A stretch of 64,000 bases of DNA from Patescibacteria group bacterium (GTDB lineage: Bacteria > Patescibacteriota > Patescibacteriia > Patescibacteriales > UBA12465). The position numbers and the translations under genes are program-made. Shown in pieces: positions 8,386-18,215 of the stretch (the first letter of the stretch is position 1; every line of letters begins with the position of its first letter). The notes beneath the pieces were generated by a model. The model did not search any database. It saw nothing but the letters and a program-made list of their open reading frames with translations, and had not been told where the DNA came from. The stretch lies in the NCBI GenBank assembly GCA_041651355.1, contig JBAZJK010000001.1, positions 613,883 to 677,882 on the forward strand. Reading direction: 5' to 3'.

Positions 8386-9684
8386 ATGATCACTCGCTCA
8401 GGGAAATTCATCGTCATTGACGGCACGGATGGCTCCGGCAAAACCACCCAACTCAACCTCTTGGCTACAAAACTGAAAGATGAAGGCTACGGCGTAGCCA
8501 TCGCTGATTTCCCTCAATACAATACCAAATCAGCTGGGATGGTCGAAGAATATTTATCTGGAAAATACGGCGGCGCCGGCGAGGTTGATCCCTATCAAGC
8601 CTCCATCTTCTACGCGGTCGACCGCTATGATGCTAGCTTTAAAATCAAAGAGTGGCTAAAGGAAGGAAAAATAGTCTTAGCTAACCGCTATGTCAGCTCC
8701 AACCTTGGGCACCAAGGTGGCAAATTTGACAACCCTTTAGAAAGGAAGATTTTCTTTAACTGGCTATATGATCTGGAATACCGCCTATTTTCCGTCCCTA
8801 AACCCGATTTATCCCTAATCCTTCACGTCGAAGCTGATATCGCCCAACAGCTAGCCGCTAAAAGACAGCGGGAAGACTGGACGGGAAAAACCAAAGACAT
8901 ACATGAGAACGATCTCAACCATCTCAAAAGAGCGGAACAGGTGTATCTAGAAATCGCTCGAACTTTCCCCGACTTTAAACTGATAAAATGTACGAACCAG
9001 GGAAAAATATTACCGCCAGAAGAAATAAACTATTTAATCTGGATATACATTAAGAGGATTATAAACATCGGAGAACCAGCCAAGACTAAAGGTTTGCAGG
9101 CAATTTCTGACATCATCACCAAGAACCACCGCCTAAGTGAAAAATTTCCTGAGTTGAGCGCTCAGTCCTATCGCGCTCCGGAAAACGAAGATATCAAAAT
9201 AAAAAAACTCAACGATTGGCTGAATCCTGCCTCAGAAACAGAAGCACCGATAGAGATAAGCCTAAAGGCTGAAGAAAAAACAGAAAAAACCGAGGTAAAA
9301 GCTCATAAGAGAAGTTGCAAAATTAGGGTGCAAAAAATACACCCCAGTGCCCAGCTTCCCAGCAAAGAGCATCATCGCAATGCTGGCTTCGACCTTTATT
9401 CGCATGATTATTATTCAATTCCTCCATATCAGCAGGCCCTGATTTCCACCGGCTTGAAGATAAAGATACCCCATGGCCATGTCGGCCTCATCTGGGATAA
9501 GAGTGGCCTGGCGAACTTCGGTTTCAAGGTCATGGGCGGCGTCATCGATGCTAACTACCGGGAAGAAATCCGAGTGATATTTAAAAACCTGAGTGAAGAT
9601 ATATATCATATCGTCCCTGGGCAGAAGATTGCCCAGCTCTTAGTCCAGCCGATTGCTGATCCGGAAATGAGTGAAGACCTATAA
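8386..9684 (+). CDS. tmk: Thymidylate kinase - dUTPase fusion protein
   Basis: N-terminus GKFIVIDGTDGSGKTTQ...ADFPQY...DRY (Tmk). There is a K/E-rich linker of about 90 aa. The C-terminus carries dUTPase motifs NAGFDLYS, KSGLA, GGVIDANYREEI and GQKIAQLLV. Confidence 0.85.
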   Translation: MITRSGKFIVIDGTDGSGKTTQLNLLATKLKDEGYGVAIADFPQYNTKSAGMVEEYLSGKYGGAGEVDPYQASIFYAVDRYDASFKIKEWLKEGKIVLANRYVSSNLGHQGGKFDNPLERKIFFNWLYDLEYRLFSVPKPDLSLILHVEADIAQQLAAKRQREDWTGKTKDIHENDLNHLKRAEQVYLEIARTFPDFKLIKCTNQGKILPPEEINYLIWIYIKRIINIGEPAKTKGLQAISDIITKNHRLSEKFPELSAQSYRAPENEDIKIKKLNDWLNPASETEAPIEISLKAEEKTEKTEVKAHKRSCKIRVQKIHPSAQLPSKEHHRNAGFDLYSHDYYSIPPYQQALISTGLKIKIPHGHVGLIWDKSGLANFGFKVMGGVIDANYREEIRVIFKNLSEDIYHIVPGQKIAQLLVQPIADPEMSEDL

Positions 9685-9750
9685 AAACTTTACTTTTCCG
9701 GCTAGATATAGGAAAATAAAGGGGTAAGCTAAAAAATAATCATAAAAATT

Positions 9751-10131
9751 ATGTGGCCATTTTCTCGAACCGCACCTGAAGCCGAAATGTATCCTTTCCC
9801 GAAAAACAATATTTTAAACACCGAGAACAAAGAACAAGACTTAAGCCAGGAAGAGCAAGAAATATACCAAGGATTAATCACCCGGCTAAAGACAAAAAAT
9901 CTGCCTGACGATCAACAGGAAATTAGCCCGGAAGATAAAGAAAAGATAGATATGGGCGGACATGCCATCACCTATCAAACAGATGGAATCAGCCTGGGAA
10001 TACCTAGTATCCACTTGGCTTATGCTTTTCATGAAATCGACCAAGCTTTCCCTGAAAAGCCCTGGCAATGGAAAAGAGATTTGGCTGGCAAATTAGCTAG
10101 CTTGCTAAAAACTAAACACCGACAAAACTAA
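9751..10131 (+). CDS. Hypothetical protein
   Basis: ORF only. Its stop overlaps the gatB ATG (TAATG), which suggests translational coupling. No motif recognised. Confidence 0.4.
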   Translation: MWPFSRTAPEAEMYPFPKNNILNTENKEQDLSQEEQEIYQGLITRLKTKNLPDDQQEISPEDKEKIDMGGHAITYQTDGISLGIPSIHLAYAFHEIDQAFPEKPWQWKRDLAGKLASLLKTKHRQN

Positions 10132-11648
10132 TGGACTATGATGTCATAATCGGCTTGGAGATACACGCCGAGTTAAAAACTAAATCAAAGATGTTCTGCG
10201 CCTGCGATAATGATTCGCTTGGCAAAGAAGCTAACTCTTGCGTCTGTCCGGTGTGCCTTGGACATCCCGGCACCTTACCCGTGCCTAACAAGGCGGCCAT
10301 CGAGTGGACGATCATGACTGGCTTGGCTTTGAATTGCCAAATTAACCGTATTTCTAAATTCGATAGGAAGAACTATTTCTACCCTGACCTACCTAAAGGC
10401 TATCAAATTTCCCAATATGATCTCCCCCTAGCCTATAACGGCTATTTAGAGATAGATGGCGATAAAATTGAAATTACCCGCATACACCTAGAAGAGGACA
10501 CTGGCAAATCAATGCATAATCGCGACCATACCCTATTAGACTTCAACCGGGCCGGTACGCCACTAATGGAACTGGTTACTGAACCAGTGATGAAAAATGC
10601 CGCCCAAGCAAAAAGCTTTTGCCAATCATATCAGCAAATATTGAGATATCTCGGAGTTGCTAACGCCAACATGGAAAAGGGCGAACTGCGCTGTGAAGCC
10701 AATGTCAGTCTGCAGAAACCTGGGGGATGGGAATACAGGGATGGACAAATTTTAGCAATCGGAAAAAACAAGCTTAACCCTAAAGTCGAAGTAAAGAATA
10801 TAAACTCTTTCCGCGCCCTCGAGAAGGCTATCAATTTTGAAATTGTCAGACAGTCGGAAGCTCTAAAAAACCACAAGATAATTATTGCTGAAACCAGGGG
10901 CTGGGATGATAACAAAAACATGACGGTCAGCCAGAGGATTAAAGAAACTTCAGCTGACTATCGCTATTTCCCTGAGCCAGATATCCCGCTTCTCAAGATT
11001 TCCGACACCGAAATAGAAAAATTACAAGCTGATCTACCAGAATTGCCCATCGCCAAGAAAAAACGTTTCCTTTCTGAATACGGACTTGATCCTAAGATGG
11101 TCGAGGTTCTGATAACGGATAAGAAAATAGCCGCCTGGACTGAAGAGGTAATTTCTGAACTCAAGGCCTGGACAGAGACTAGGGGGGATGATATCGCCGG
11201 ACAAGACAAGCGCTTAGCCCGTCTGGCCGCTAATTGGATTAGCGGAGAAATCCTAAAAATCCTGAACGCTCAAGAAGAAAGCGATATTAGGAAACTAAAA
11301 ATCACTCCGGAAGACATGGCTGAGTTGATTTGCCTAATCTATGAAGGTCGCATCAATTCTTCAACCGGCCAGAAGGTCTTATCCATAATGGCGGAAAGCG
11401 GACGCGACCCAGAAGAAATAGTTAAAGAACAAGGTCTAGAACAGAGTCATGACCAGGATGAGATAAAAAATGCCGCCACTAAAGTAATCGCCAATTATCC
11501 CGACCAGGTCAATGAATATCTAAAAGGTAAAACTAATATTATCCAATTCCTTATCGGCAAAGTAATGGCTGAGACCCAGGGTCGAGCCAATCCCCAAATT
11601 GCCAAAGAAGCTTTAGAACATTTTTTAAATAAACCACCAAAACTCTAA
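10131..11648 (+). CDS. gatB: Asp-tRNA(Asn)/Glu-tRNA(Gln) amidotransferase subunit B
   Basis: YDVIIGLEIHAELKTKSKMFCAC...CPVCLGHPGTLPV...YFYPDLPKGYQISQ, with a C-terminal GatB/YqeY domain. Confidence 0.95.
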   Translation: MDYDVIIGLEIHAELKTKSKMFCACDNDSLGKEANSCVCPVCLGHPGTLPVPNKAAIEWTIMTGLALNCQINRISKFDRKNYFYPDLPKGYQISQYDLPLAYNGYLEIDGDKIEITRIHLEEDTGKSMHNRDHTLLDFNRAGTPLMELVTEPVMKNAAQAKSFCQSYQQILRYLGVANANMEKGELRCEANVSLQKPGGWEYRDGQILAIGKNKLNPKVEVKNINSFRALEKAINFEIVRQSEALKNHKIIIAETRGWDDNKNMTVSQRIKETSADYRYFPEPDIPLLKISDTEIEKLQADLPELPIAKKKRFLSEYGLDPKMVEVLITDKKIAAWTEEVISELKAWTETRGDDIAGQDKRLARLAANWISGEILKILNAQEESDIRKLKITPEDMAELICLIYEGRINSSTGQKVLSIMAESGRDPEEIVKEQGLEQSHDQDEIKNAATKVIANYPDQVNEYLKGKTNIIQFLIGKVMAETQGRANPQIAKEALEHFLNKPPKL

Positions 11649-11651
11649 ACC

Positions 11652-11813
11652 ATGGACAGAAAAGCTGAAGACTATGTTGAATTTATGGCTGGCTCTAAGA
11701 GCAGTAACCCACTAAGAAAAACCGGTGAGCAAATACTGCCACCGGATACCGAAGAAACCAACCGGGATGACAAAGAAAATAACGATGAAATCCCCGGCGA
11801 AGAAGACCGCTAA
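11652..11813 (+). CDS. Possible small acidic protein (53 aa)
   Basis: ATG lies 4 nt after the gatB stop. Translation is MDRKAEDYVEFMAGSKSSNPLRKTGEQILPPDTEETNRDDKENNDEIPGEEDR. A terminator hairpin follows. It is below the ORF-track size cut-off and has no homology support. Confidence 0.25.
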   Translation: MDRKAEDYVEFMAGSKSSNPLRKTGEQILPPDTEETNRDDKENNDEIPGEEDR

Positions 11814-11820
11814 AGAAAAA

Positions 11821-11843
11821 AAGCTATTCACTGAGAATAGCTT
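11821..11843. terminator. Bidirectional intrinsic terminator (gatB / miaA convergent)
   Basis: Stem of about 9 bp, aagctattc-actga-gaatagctt, flanked by an A-run and a T-run. Confidence 0.7.
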
Positions 11844-11859
11844 CTTTTAAAGCTGGTCT

Positions 11860-12795
11860 TCACGCCCCCTTAATTATCTTCTCTGCCTGAGCGGCATCTT
11901 TAAACCATTTTATCTTTCTTCCTTGCCTTTCCCAACGTTTGAACCAAGTTAATTGCCTCTTAGCAAATTGACGGATGGCAATGTTAAGATCGACAAACAT
12001 CTTATCATAATCTATTTTCTTTTGCAGATAATGAGCAAGGAACTTATATTCTAGGCCAAAACTTTCAAGCCGCTGCCAAGAGACTCCTTGTTTATGTAAT
12101 TTCTTCACTTCCTCAATTAAGCCTTCTTTTTCTAAGCGCTCTTGCAAGCGCTTTTCTATCTTCTGGCGCAGTATTTCCCGGCCAGGATTTAAACCAATTA
12201 ATTCAAAGCTATAGCGGGATTCTTTCTTTTGATTGTTGACATGCCCTTGTTCCACAATTTCTAAGTAACGAGCCAAACGCCTGGTATTATGGCGATCGCT
12301 GTCATTTATCTTCTTGGCGAAAGCGGGATTTAGGCGATCAATTTCATTAAATAATTCTAAAGCGTTTAAACGTTCGCGCCTGGTCCTTTCCTTGTGATCT
12401 GAACCGAATGTCCCTAAATCATAATTATCTACAACGGCCTGGAGATATAGGCCGGAGCCGCCCACTAAAATCGGGAGCTTATTCTTTTGTAAAATCTTAT
12501 CAATCGCTTTAAAAGCTAATTTTTGAAACTTAGCTAAATCAAAACTCTGGTTAGGCTTAACAATATCGATTAGGTGATAGGGGATCTTTTTCTTGCCAAC
12601 TTTGTATTCCCCTAAATCCTTGCCCGTGCCAACATCCATGCCTTTATACACTTGCCGGCTATCAGCGCTTATAATCTCGCCATTAAATTTAGACGCTAGA
12701 GCCACGGCTAACTTGGTCTTGCCGCTAGCTGTCGGCCCAAGGATAACTAAAACTAAGGGATGAGGCTCGCTATTAGATTTTACTTCGGGTGACAT
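11860..12795 (-). CDS. miaA: tRNA dimethylallyltransferase
   Basis: VILGPTASGKTKLAVALA...IISADSRQVYKGMDVGTGK is the MiaA signature. Confidence 0.95.
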   Translation of the reverse strand: MSPEVKSNSEPHPLVLVILGPTASGKTKLAVALASKFNGEIISADSRQVYKGMDVGTGKDLGEYKVGKKKIPYHLIDIVKPNQSFDLAKFQKLAFKAIDKILQKNKLPILVGGSGLYLQAVVDNYDLGTFGSDHKERTRRERLNALELFNEIDRLNPAFAKKINDSDRHNTRRLARYLEIVEQGHVNNQKKESRYSFELIGLNPGREILRQKIEKRLQERLEKEGLIEEVKKLHKQGVSWQRLESFGLEYKFLAHYLQKKIDYDKMFVDLNIAIRQFAKRQLTWFKRWERQGRKIKWFKDAAQAEKIIKGA

Positions 12796-13065
12796 ATGTA
12801 ATTTGAAATTAAACGTTATTTATTATATAATTAAGTTAACTGGACTAAACTTAGCCAGCCGACGCTGTTCTTTTTTATTCACCAAACCAAATTCCACCCA
12901 ATGAAAAAGTTAATACAAAGCGACAATTAGCCGGTTGAAAAAAGGTGAGACGATTCGCTTCTTCAATTAAATCCTGAAGCTGTAATCTTAATTGAATGAG
13001 CGGTGTTTTAAGAAATGAAGAGGGGTTGCGTTAGAACTTACAAAAAGTTTTAACCAGCTCCTTTT

Positions 13066-14358
13066 TTATTTAACCACTTCCCCGGTTAAGCCGAAATCCC
13101 TGACCCCGGTAATCTTCGCTTTCACAAACTCGCCAATCTTCACCTTCTTATCAACTAGAGATACCGTCTTGGAACTTGAGCTAAGACCAAAATATTTACC
13201 CTTACGATTCTGACTCTCAACCAATATAACAATCTCTTTCCCTAAAAGTTTTTTATTATTTTCCAAGGCGCTCTTTTTTAAAACCTTTTCCAAAATCTCT
13301 TCTCGCTTTTTTTTCTCCTCAAGGCTGACATTATCCTTTAATTTAGCAGCCGCCGTCCCGAAACGCGGACTATAGCGGGCGATAAAGGCTTGGTCGAAAT
13401 TTAACTGCTTGAATAACTTAAGAGAGTTATTAAATTGCGCCTTTGTTTCTCCCGGAAACCCCACAATCACGTCAGTGCTAATGGCAATGCCCGGTTTAGC
13501 TTGCCTGATCTTAGCGACTAAGTCCACATACTGTTTGGCACTATATTTCCGGTTCATAGCTTTAAGGATCCGGTCATCGCCTGATTGGACGGCTAAATGC
13601 AAATGATGGCAAATCTTGTCACTTTGGCTCATAACCCTAATCAGCTTACCGCTCAAATCCTTGGGATGGCTAGAAGAGAATCTTAGCCAGAAATCACCAG
13701 GGATATCAGCTAAAGACCGCAACAAATCAGCAAAATCAAATTTCTTTTTAGCTCTTAGGGAGTGGTAGCTGTTAACATTCTGGGCAATCAAAGTGATCTC
13801 CTTGTAACCCTTCCTCACCAAGGCCTTAACTTCCTTGATAATATCTGCGGCGCCGCGATAGACTTCCCGGCCACGGGCATAAGGCACCACGCAATATGAA
13901 CAGAAATTATTACAACCATTACCGATAGGCACGAAAGCCTTAAAGTAGCTGGCATGTTTCGGCAAGATCGCTAGATATTTTTCGCCGCTCAATTCTCTCA
14001 AATCATCTAATTTTAATAAGCGTTCGCTATTTTTCAGGAGAGATAAAAGATGGGGCGTTTCATTTATCGGAAAAAACAGATCGACCTTCGCTTGTAAGCG
14101 CTTTTTCACATCTGCTCTCTTGCTTAAGCAGCCAGTAATCGCTATCTGGGCGCTAGGGTTGAATCTCTTGATCTGGTTAACCAGGCCATATGCCCGATCT
14201 TCAGCCGACTGCCTGACGCCGCAAGTATTAATGATTACAATATCGGCCAATTTAAAATCAGCGACCGCTTGATATTTTTTCTTTTCCAAATAAGCGGCCA
14301 GTCGCTCGCTGTCCGCCTTATTCATCTGACAACCAATCGTAATTATATTATATTTCAT
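13066..14358 (-). CDS. miaB: tRNA-2-methylthio-N6-dimethylallyladenosine synthase (radical SAM methylthiotransferase)
   Basis: N-terminal TIGCQMNKADSE (MTTase domain), radical SAM motif GCNNFCSYCVVPYARG, and a C-terminal TRAM-like domain. Confidence 0.9.
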   Translation of the reverse strand: MKYNIITIGCQMNKADSERLAAYLEKKKYQAVADFKLADIVIINTCGVRQSAEDRAYGLVNQIKRFNPSAQIAITGCLSKRADVKKRLQAKVDLFFPINETPHLLSLLKNSERLLKLDDLRELSGEKYLAILPKHASYFKAFVPIGNGCNNFCSYCVVPYARGREVYRGAADIIKEVKALVRKGYKEITLIAQNVNSYHSLRAKKKFDFADLLRSLADIPGDFWLRFSSSHPKDLSGKLIRVMSQSDKICHHLHLAVQSGDDRILKAMNRKYSAKQYVDLVAKIRQAKPGIAISTDVIVGFPGETKAQFNNSLKLFKQLNFDQAFIARYSPRFGTAAAKLKDNVSLEEKKKREEILEKVLKKSALENNKKLLGKEIVILVESQNRKGKYFGLSSSSKTVSLVDKKVKIGEFVKAKITGVRDFGLTGEVVK

Positions 14359-14359
14359 A

Positions 14360-16177
14360 TTAAGGACGTGTTTTAGGCGCCTCTATGGGCGCTACGAAAT
14401 TTAAACGATATAAAGAAAAATCCTGATCAATCTTCTTAACCAAGCTGATATTAAGATCGGCTTTGGGTAGCTTGCTGCTGTTTAGATAATCTAGATCCTT
14501 GGGCGGAAAAGAAAAATTATAGTAATAGACCGGCACTTTCCGAGCCAACTGTCCATAATAATAATTCATATTATCGTCGTTTAACAAGCCGACCAGAACC
14601 CGGCGCTCGGGAAACAAGAACTTGTCATGATACTGGGTGATAATAACGGCGCTCGGCTCGGTTAATTCGACGACTTTAGCGCTAGAAACCTTGGCACTAT
14701 AATTACTATCAGCCAAATAAAATAAGCCCTCTTCTGAACCAAAACTGACAAATAATAAAGAGCTAGTCATGATTGCTAAAACGCCGCAGGCTTGCAAGGC
14801 GTTGCTCCAAAAAATCGGCAGACGATACAAATGATAGCGCTCTGACTTTCCCGCTTCTAAAACCAGCTGACTGATACGGACGATGAATAGAGAGGCCAAA
14901 GGCAAGAAAAAGAGATAAATCGGCAACCAGTAGCGGGTATAGGAATTACCGATAGTGAAACTTTTAGGATCAGGATTATCATTGAACTGCCAACTACCGT
15001 AATAGAAAATCAGGATAACGCTTGTTAGGATCAGACTAAGGATGTAAACCAAATAACGGCGCTTGAAACGGACCAGACTGTCGCCGAATAAAAACATCGC
15101 ACCCCAAAAACCGGCTAAAAGCAGCCAGGGGAACATCAAGGCAAAATAATAATAGAACATCTTTAAGGACAAGCGCAAGTTAAAACCGAAATAAAAGACA
15201 TTATGGCTCAAAGAGTTAAAAAAACCACTAATGGCTCCGGCGCCCGATGATAAACTCCCGGTCACCAGGCTCTGGCCCGCCCGGGAAATATCAGCCAAAG
15301 ACTGATTCATGGCACCATAACCACCATAGACCGGTGAACCGTATAAGATTTGGTTATAATAGAAGCCGGGCAAGAGCGCTAGAGCCGTACCGACCAGAAA
15401 TATCAATGGTTTCAAAATGCCAGCACGCCTAATATTAAAAATCCAGATAATGAAAAGCAGGGGTCCAAGCCAAAGCAGTTCCGAGGCTCTGGTCAGGGCT
15501 GCTAGTCCGAAAAAAATCCCAGCCAAAAAAGACCAAAGCCAGCCCAAACTAATATTCTTGCTTAAGGAGAAACGCCAGAAAGAACGCTTTTCATAACAAT
15601 ATTTTTTTTCTAGAAAAAAGGATAAGAAGTAGAAAGAAATAATGACAAAAACGACAAACAGTACATTATGGAATAAGCTGCGCACACTATAATAGATATA
15701 CACCGGAAAACTAGCCAAGAGGAAGGCGGCAATCAAGCCGACCCTTTCCGAAAATAGACGCTTGATAAGCAGATAGAAAAAGAATATCCCAAAAGAAGCA
15801 AAGATCGGGGTTAAGAATGGAATTATCCAATCCCCCAGCCAAGCGCCCAGCTGGCCAAAAATCAGAATTATACCCAGGAAACTAACCGGCTTGAGCCAAG
15901 CTAAATCGCTCCGGAAGCTACGTGGATGGACTAAATCATAGGCCCGAAGATTTAAAGGCTCAAAAACCGACAACTGGCCGCTAGCACTAAAATTCTTAGC
16001 GAAAAAATAATTAGCAGTTTCGTCTGGAGAATTCCACTTAATCTGACCGGCACTTAGCTGTTGATAGTTATAATAAGAAGTCGCCAAACAAAAAAAGACG
16101 GCTACCACTAGGACGATGACGGTACTCCAAGAAAAATGATGGCCGAACTTAGATAATTTGTCTTTGAAACCGGGCAT
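14360..16177 (-). CDS. Polytopic membrane glycosyltransferase, GT-C (ArnT/PMT-like) fold
   Basis: At least 10 hydrophobic helices. The first-loop acidic motif WNSPDETANYFF resembles the DE motif of GT39/GT83 enzymes. It has a soluble C-terminal domain. Confidence 0.55.
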   Translation of the reverse strand: MPGFKDKLSKFGHHFSWSTVIVLVVAVFFCLATSYYNYQQLSAGQIKWNSPDETANYFFAKNFSASGQLSVFEPLNLRAYDLVHPRSFRSDLAWLKPVSFLGIILIFGQLGAWLGDWIIPFLTPIFASFGIFFFYLLIKRLFSERVGLIAAFLLASFPVYIYYSVRSLFHNVLFVVFVIISFYFLSFFLEKKYCYEKRSFWRFSLSKNISLGWLWSFLAGIFFGLAALTRASELLWLGPLLFIIWIFNIRRAGILKPLIFLVGTALALLPGFYYNQILYGSPVYGGYGAMNQSLADISRAGQSLVTGSLSSGAGAISGFFNSLSHNVFYFGFNLRLSLKMFYYYFALMFPWLLLAGFWGAMFLFGDSLVRFKRRYLVYILSLILTSVILIFYYGSWQFNDNPDPKSFTIGNSYTRYWLPIYLFFLPLASLFIVRISQLVLEAGKSERYHLYRLPIFWSNALQACGVLAIMTSSLLFVSFGSEEGLFYLADSNYSAKVSSAKVVELTEPSAVIITQYHDKFLFPERRVLVGLLNDDNMNYYYGQLARKVPVYYYNFSFPPKDLDYLNSSKLPKADLNISLVKKIDQDFSLYRLNFVAPIEAPKTRP

Positions 16178-16250
16178 AAAAATTAAGGCTTTTTTTCAGC
16201 TTTCTCGTCTTAAATTTAGCAAAAATTACCACTTTTAGCAAGAATTTGCT

Positions 16251-18215
16251 ATGATAATAAGAGCTTTTATGCCAAGAAAAAAAATCACAAATTTCCTTAA
16301 TTTAGAAAGTTTCGGCCTATTACTGAGCCTGATAGCTATTTTTGGAGCCGGCATTTATTACTTCTACGCCCTAAATCGCTTCGGCCTAGTAATCACACTA
16401 GCCTTGAGTGTGTCGGCTTGGCTTTTTATAATGAAACGGCTATTCAGGGACAAACCAGAAAAAACAAAGGAGGAGGATAAGCCAGAAAAAAATCTTCTAA
16501 ACCTGATATTACTAGCCACCTACACCCTTATCTATCTAGCCCTTTTTTATATCTTGTGGTCCAAACAAAGCGACCGCCCCTTGATTTCACCTTGGGAAAT
16601 AGTGCCGGGTTATTTTTGGCCACTCTTTATTCTGCTCAATCTAACGCTTATCTTCATCCTTAGCCGGAGATATATAAGGACCAACGTGAAATTGGTTTGC
16701 CTGACATTTCACTACCTAATCAATTTCTCCGTGGCTTTGCTAATCTATAAAATAAACTACGGCTTTGACCCTTTCATTCATCAAGCTACTTTGGAACTGA
16801 TTGCCAAAAACGGCAGCGTCGATCCGAAGCCGCTATACTATCTGGGGGAGTACAGCCTCATAATCAGCCTGCATAAAATCTTCGGTTTCTCCATCTACTG
16901 GCTTAATCGCCTCCTAGTGCCATTTATAGCCGCCATCTTCCTGCCCGCCGCCTTGTCTAAATTCCTCACGAGCTTCAAGGGTGATGCTAAATCTAATAAT
17001 ACAATTCTCTTGGCAATACTAGGATTACTAGCCCTACCATTTTCTATCTTCATTATTAGCACTCCCCAAAATCTAGCCTATATATTCTTAATCCTTAGCC
17101 TCTTAGCCTCTTTTGATCAGAAAAAAAATTTAACAGTAAGTACCATTTTTAGCTTAGCCGCCTGTGCTGTCCATCCTCTAGCCGGCCTGGCTGGTTTAGG
17201 CTGGCTAGCCTTTCTGGCTTTTGATAAATACCGAAACCTAGTGCCAAACAACAGGCGAAAACTTATTATCAGAATAATTTTCAGCCTTTTCTGCCTATCC
17301 TGGCCGATAGCTTTCTATGCGAGCACCGGTGGCGGCTTTAAATTAAACGCCTGGTCCGATATAATCAGCCAATTATGGCTGCCTAGTTCCTTCTTCCCTA
17401 ACCAGGAAAATATCTTCCTTAATTTTTCTTACTTCATCTATTTTAACTATCCGGGTTTGATTGCAATCTTAGTCGCACTCGGACTTTATAATTACTATAA
17501 AACGCGGCCAACAGATTCCCGTTTTGCCTATTTAAATTTAGCCTCGCTTGGGATCGCAATCGCTTGGGTTCTTAGCAATCTGTTATCTTTCAATAGCTTG
17601 ATAGATTATGAACAGAATAATTATGCACGGCGGCTCTTGGTCATCCTGGTCATTTTTCAACTGCCCTTCCTTCTCTGGCTAATAGAGTCCTTTATGACTA
17701 AAGTCCTTAAAGCCAAGCCATTGGAAAAAATCATCTGGTCGCTTCTTCTTGCCTTATTGCTCAGCGTCTCTCTGTATACTTCCTACCCCAGGCGGGATAA
17801 TTACCTTAATTCTCGGGGCTACGCTGTTAGCCGGGCCGATATCGAAGCCGTCAACTTCATAGATAAAAACAGCCAAGGGGATTATGTGGTCCTAGCTAAC
17901 CAGCAAACTAGCGCGGCGGCTTTGAAAGAACTGGGTTTCGATCATTATTATCCTAGTCCATCAGGCCCGATCTATTTCTACCCGATACCGACCGGCGGAC
18001 CTTTATACCAATTCTATCTTGATATGGTATACAAAAAACCCGACCGGGCCAGTGTGCTTAAAGCTATGGACTTAGTCGGGGTCGACGAAGCTTATTTTGT
18101 CATTAATAAATATTGGAAAGATAGTCGCCGGATCATCGAAAACGCCAAACTAGAGGCTGATAGTTTTGAATCGATAAATAAAGGAGAAATCTATGTTTTC
18201 CGCTATAAGCGCTAA
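16251..18215 (+). CDS. Large polytopic membrane protein (possible GT-C-like transferase)
   Basis: About 14 hydrophobic segments followed by a soluble tail of about 140 aa. It is divergent from the GT-C gene. The alternative ATG at 16269 (MPRKKI) may be the real start. Confidence 0.4.
   Translation: MIIRAFMPRKKITNFLNLESFGLLLSLIAIFGAGIYYFYALNRFGLVITLALSVSAWLFIMKRLFRDKPEKTKEEDKPEKNLLNLILLATYTLIYLALFYILWSKQSDRPLISPWEIVPGYFWPLFILLNLTLIFILSRRYIRTNVKLVCLTFHYLINFSVALLIYKINYGFDPFIHQATLELIAKNGSVDPKPLYYLGEYSLIISLHKIFGFSIYWLNRLLVPFIAAIFLPAALSKFLTSFKGDAKSNNTILLAILGLLALPFSIFIISTPQNLAYIFLILSLLASFDQKKNLTVSTIFSLAACAVHPLAGLAGLGWLAFLAFDKYRNLVPNNRRKLIIRIIFSLFCLSWPIAFYASTGGGFKLNAWSDIISQLWLPSSFFPNQENIFLNFSYFIYFNYPGLIAILVALGLYNYYKTRPTDSRFAYLNLASLGIAIAWVLSNLLSFNSLIDYEQNNYARRLLVILVIFQLPFLLWLIESFMTKVLKAKPLEKIIWSLLLALLLSVSLYTSYPRRDNYLNSRGYAVSRADIEAVNFIDKNSQGDYVVLANQQTSAAALKELGFDHYYPSPSGPIYFYPIPTGGPLYQFYLDMVYKKPDRASVLKAMDLVGVDEAYFVINKYWKDSRRIIENAKLEADSFESINKGEIYVFRYKR

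Noticed and set aside
12796-13065. Unusually long (270 bp) gap between miaB and miaA, inspected for a small RNA gene or riboswitch
   Set aside because: I could not recognise any conserved ncRNA motif, cloverleaf or strong hairpin. It probably contains the miaA promoter. It is left unannotated, and a covariance-model scan (Rfam) would be needed.
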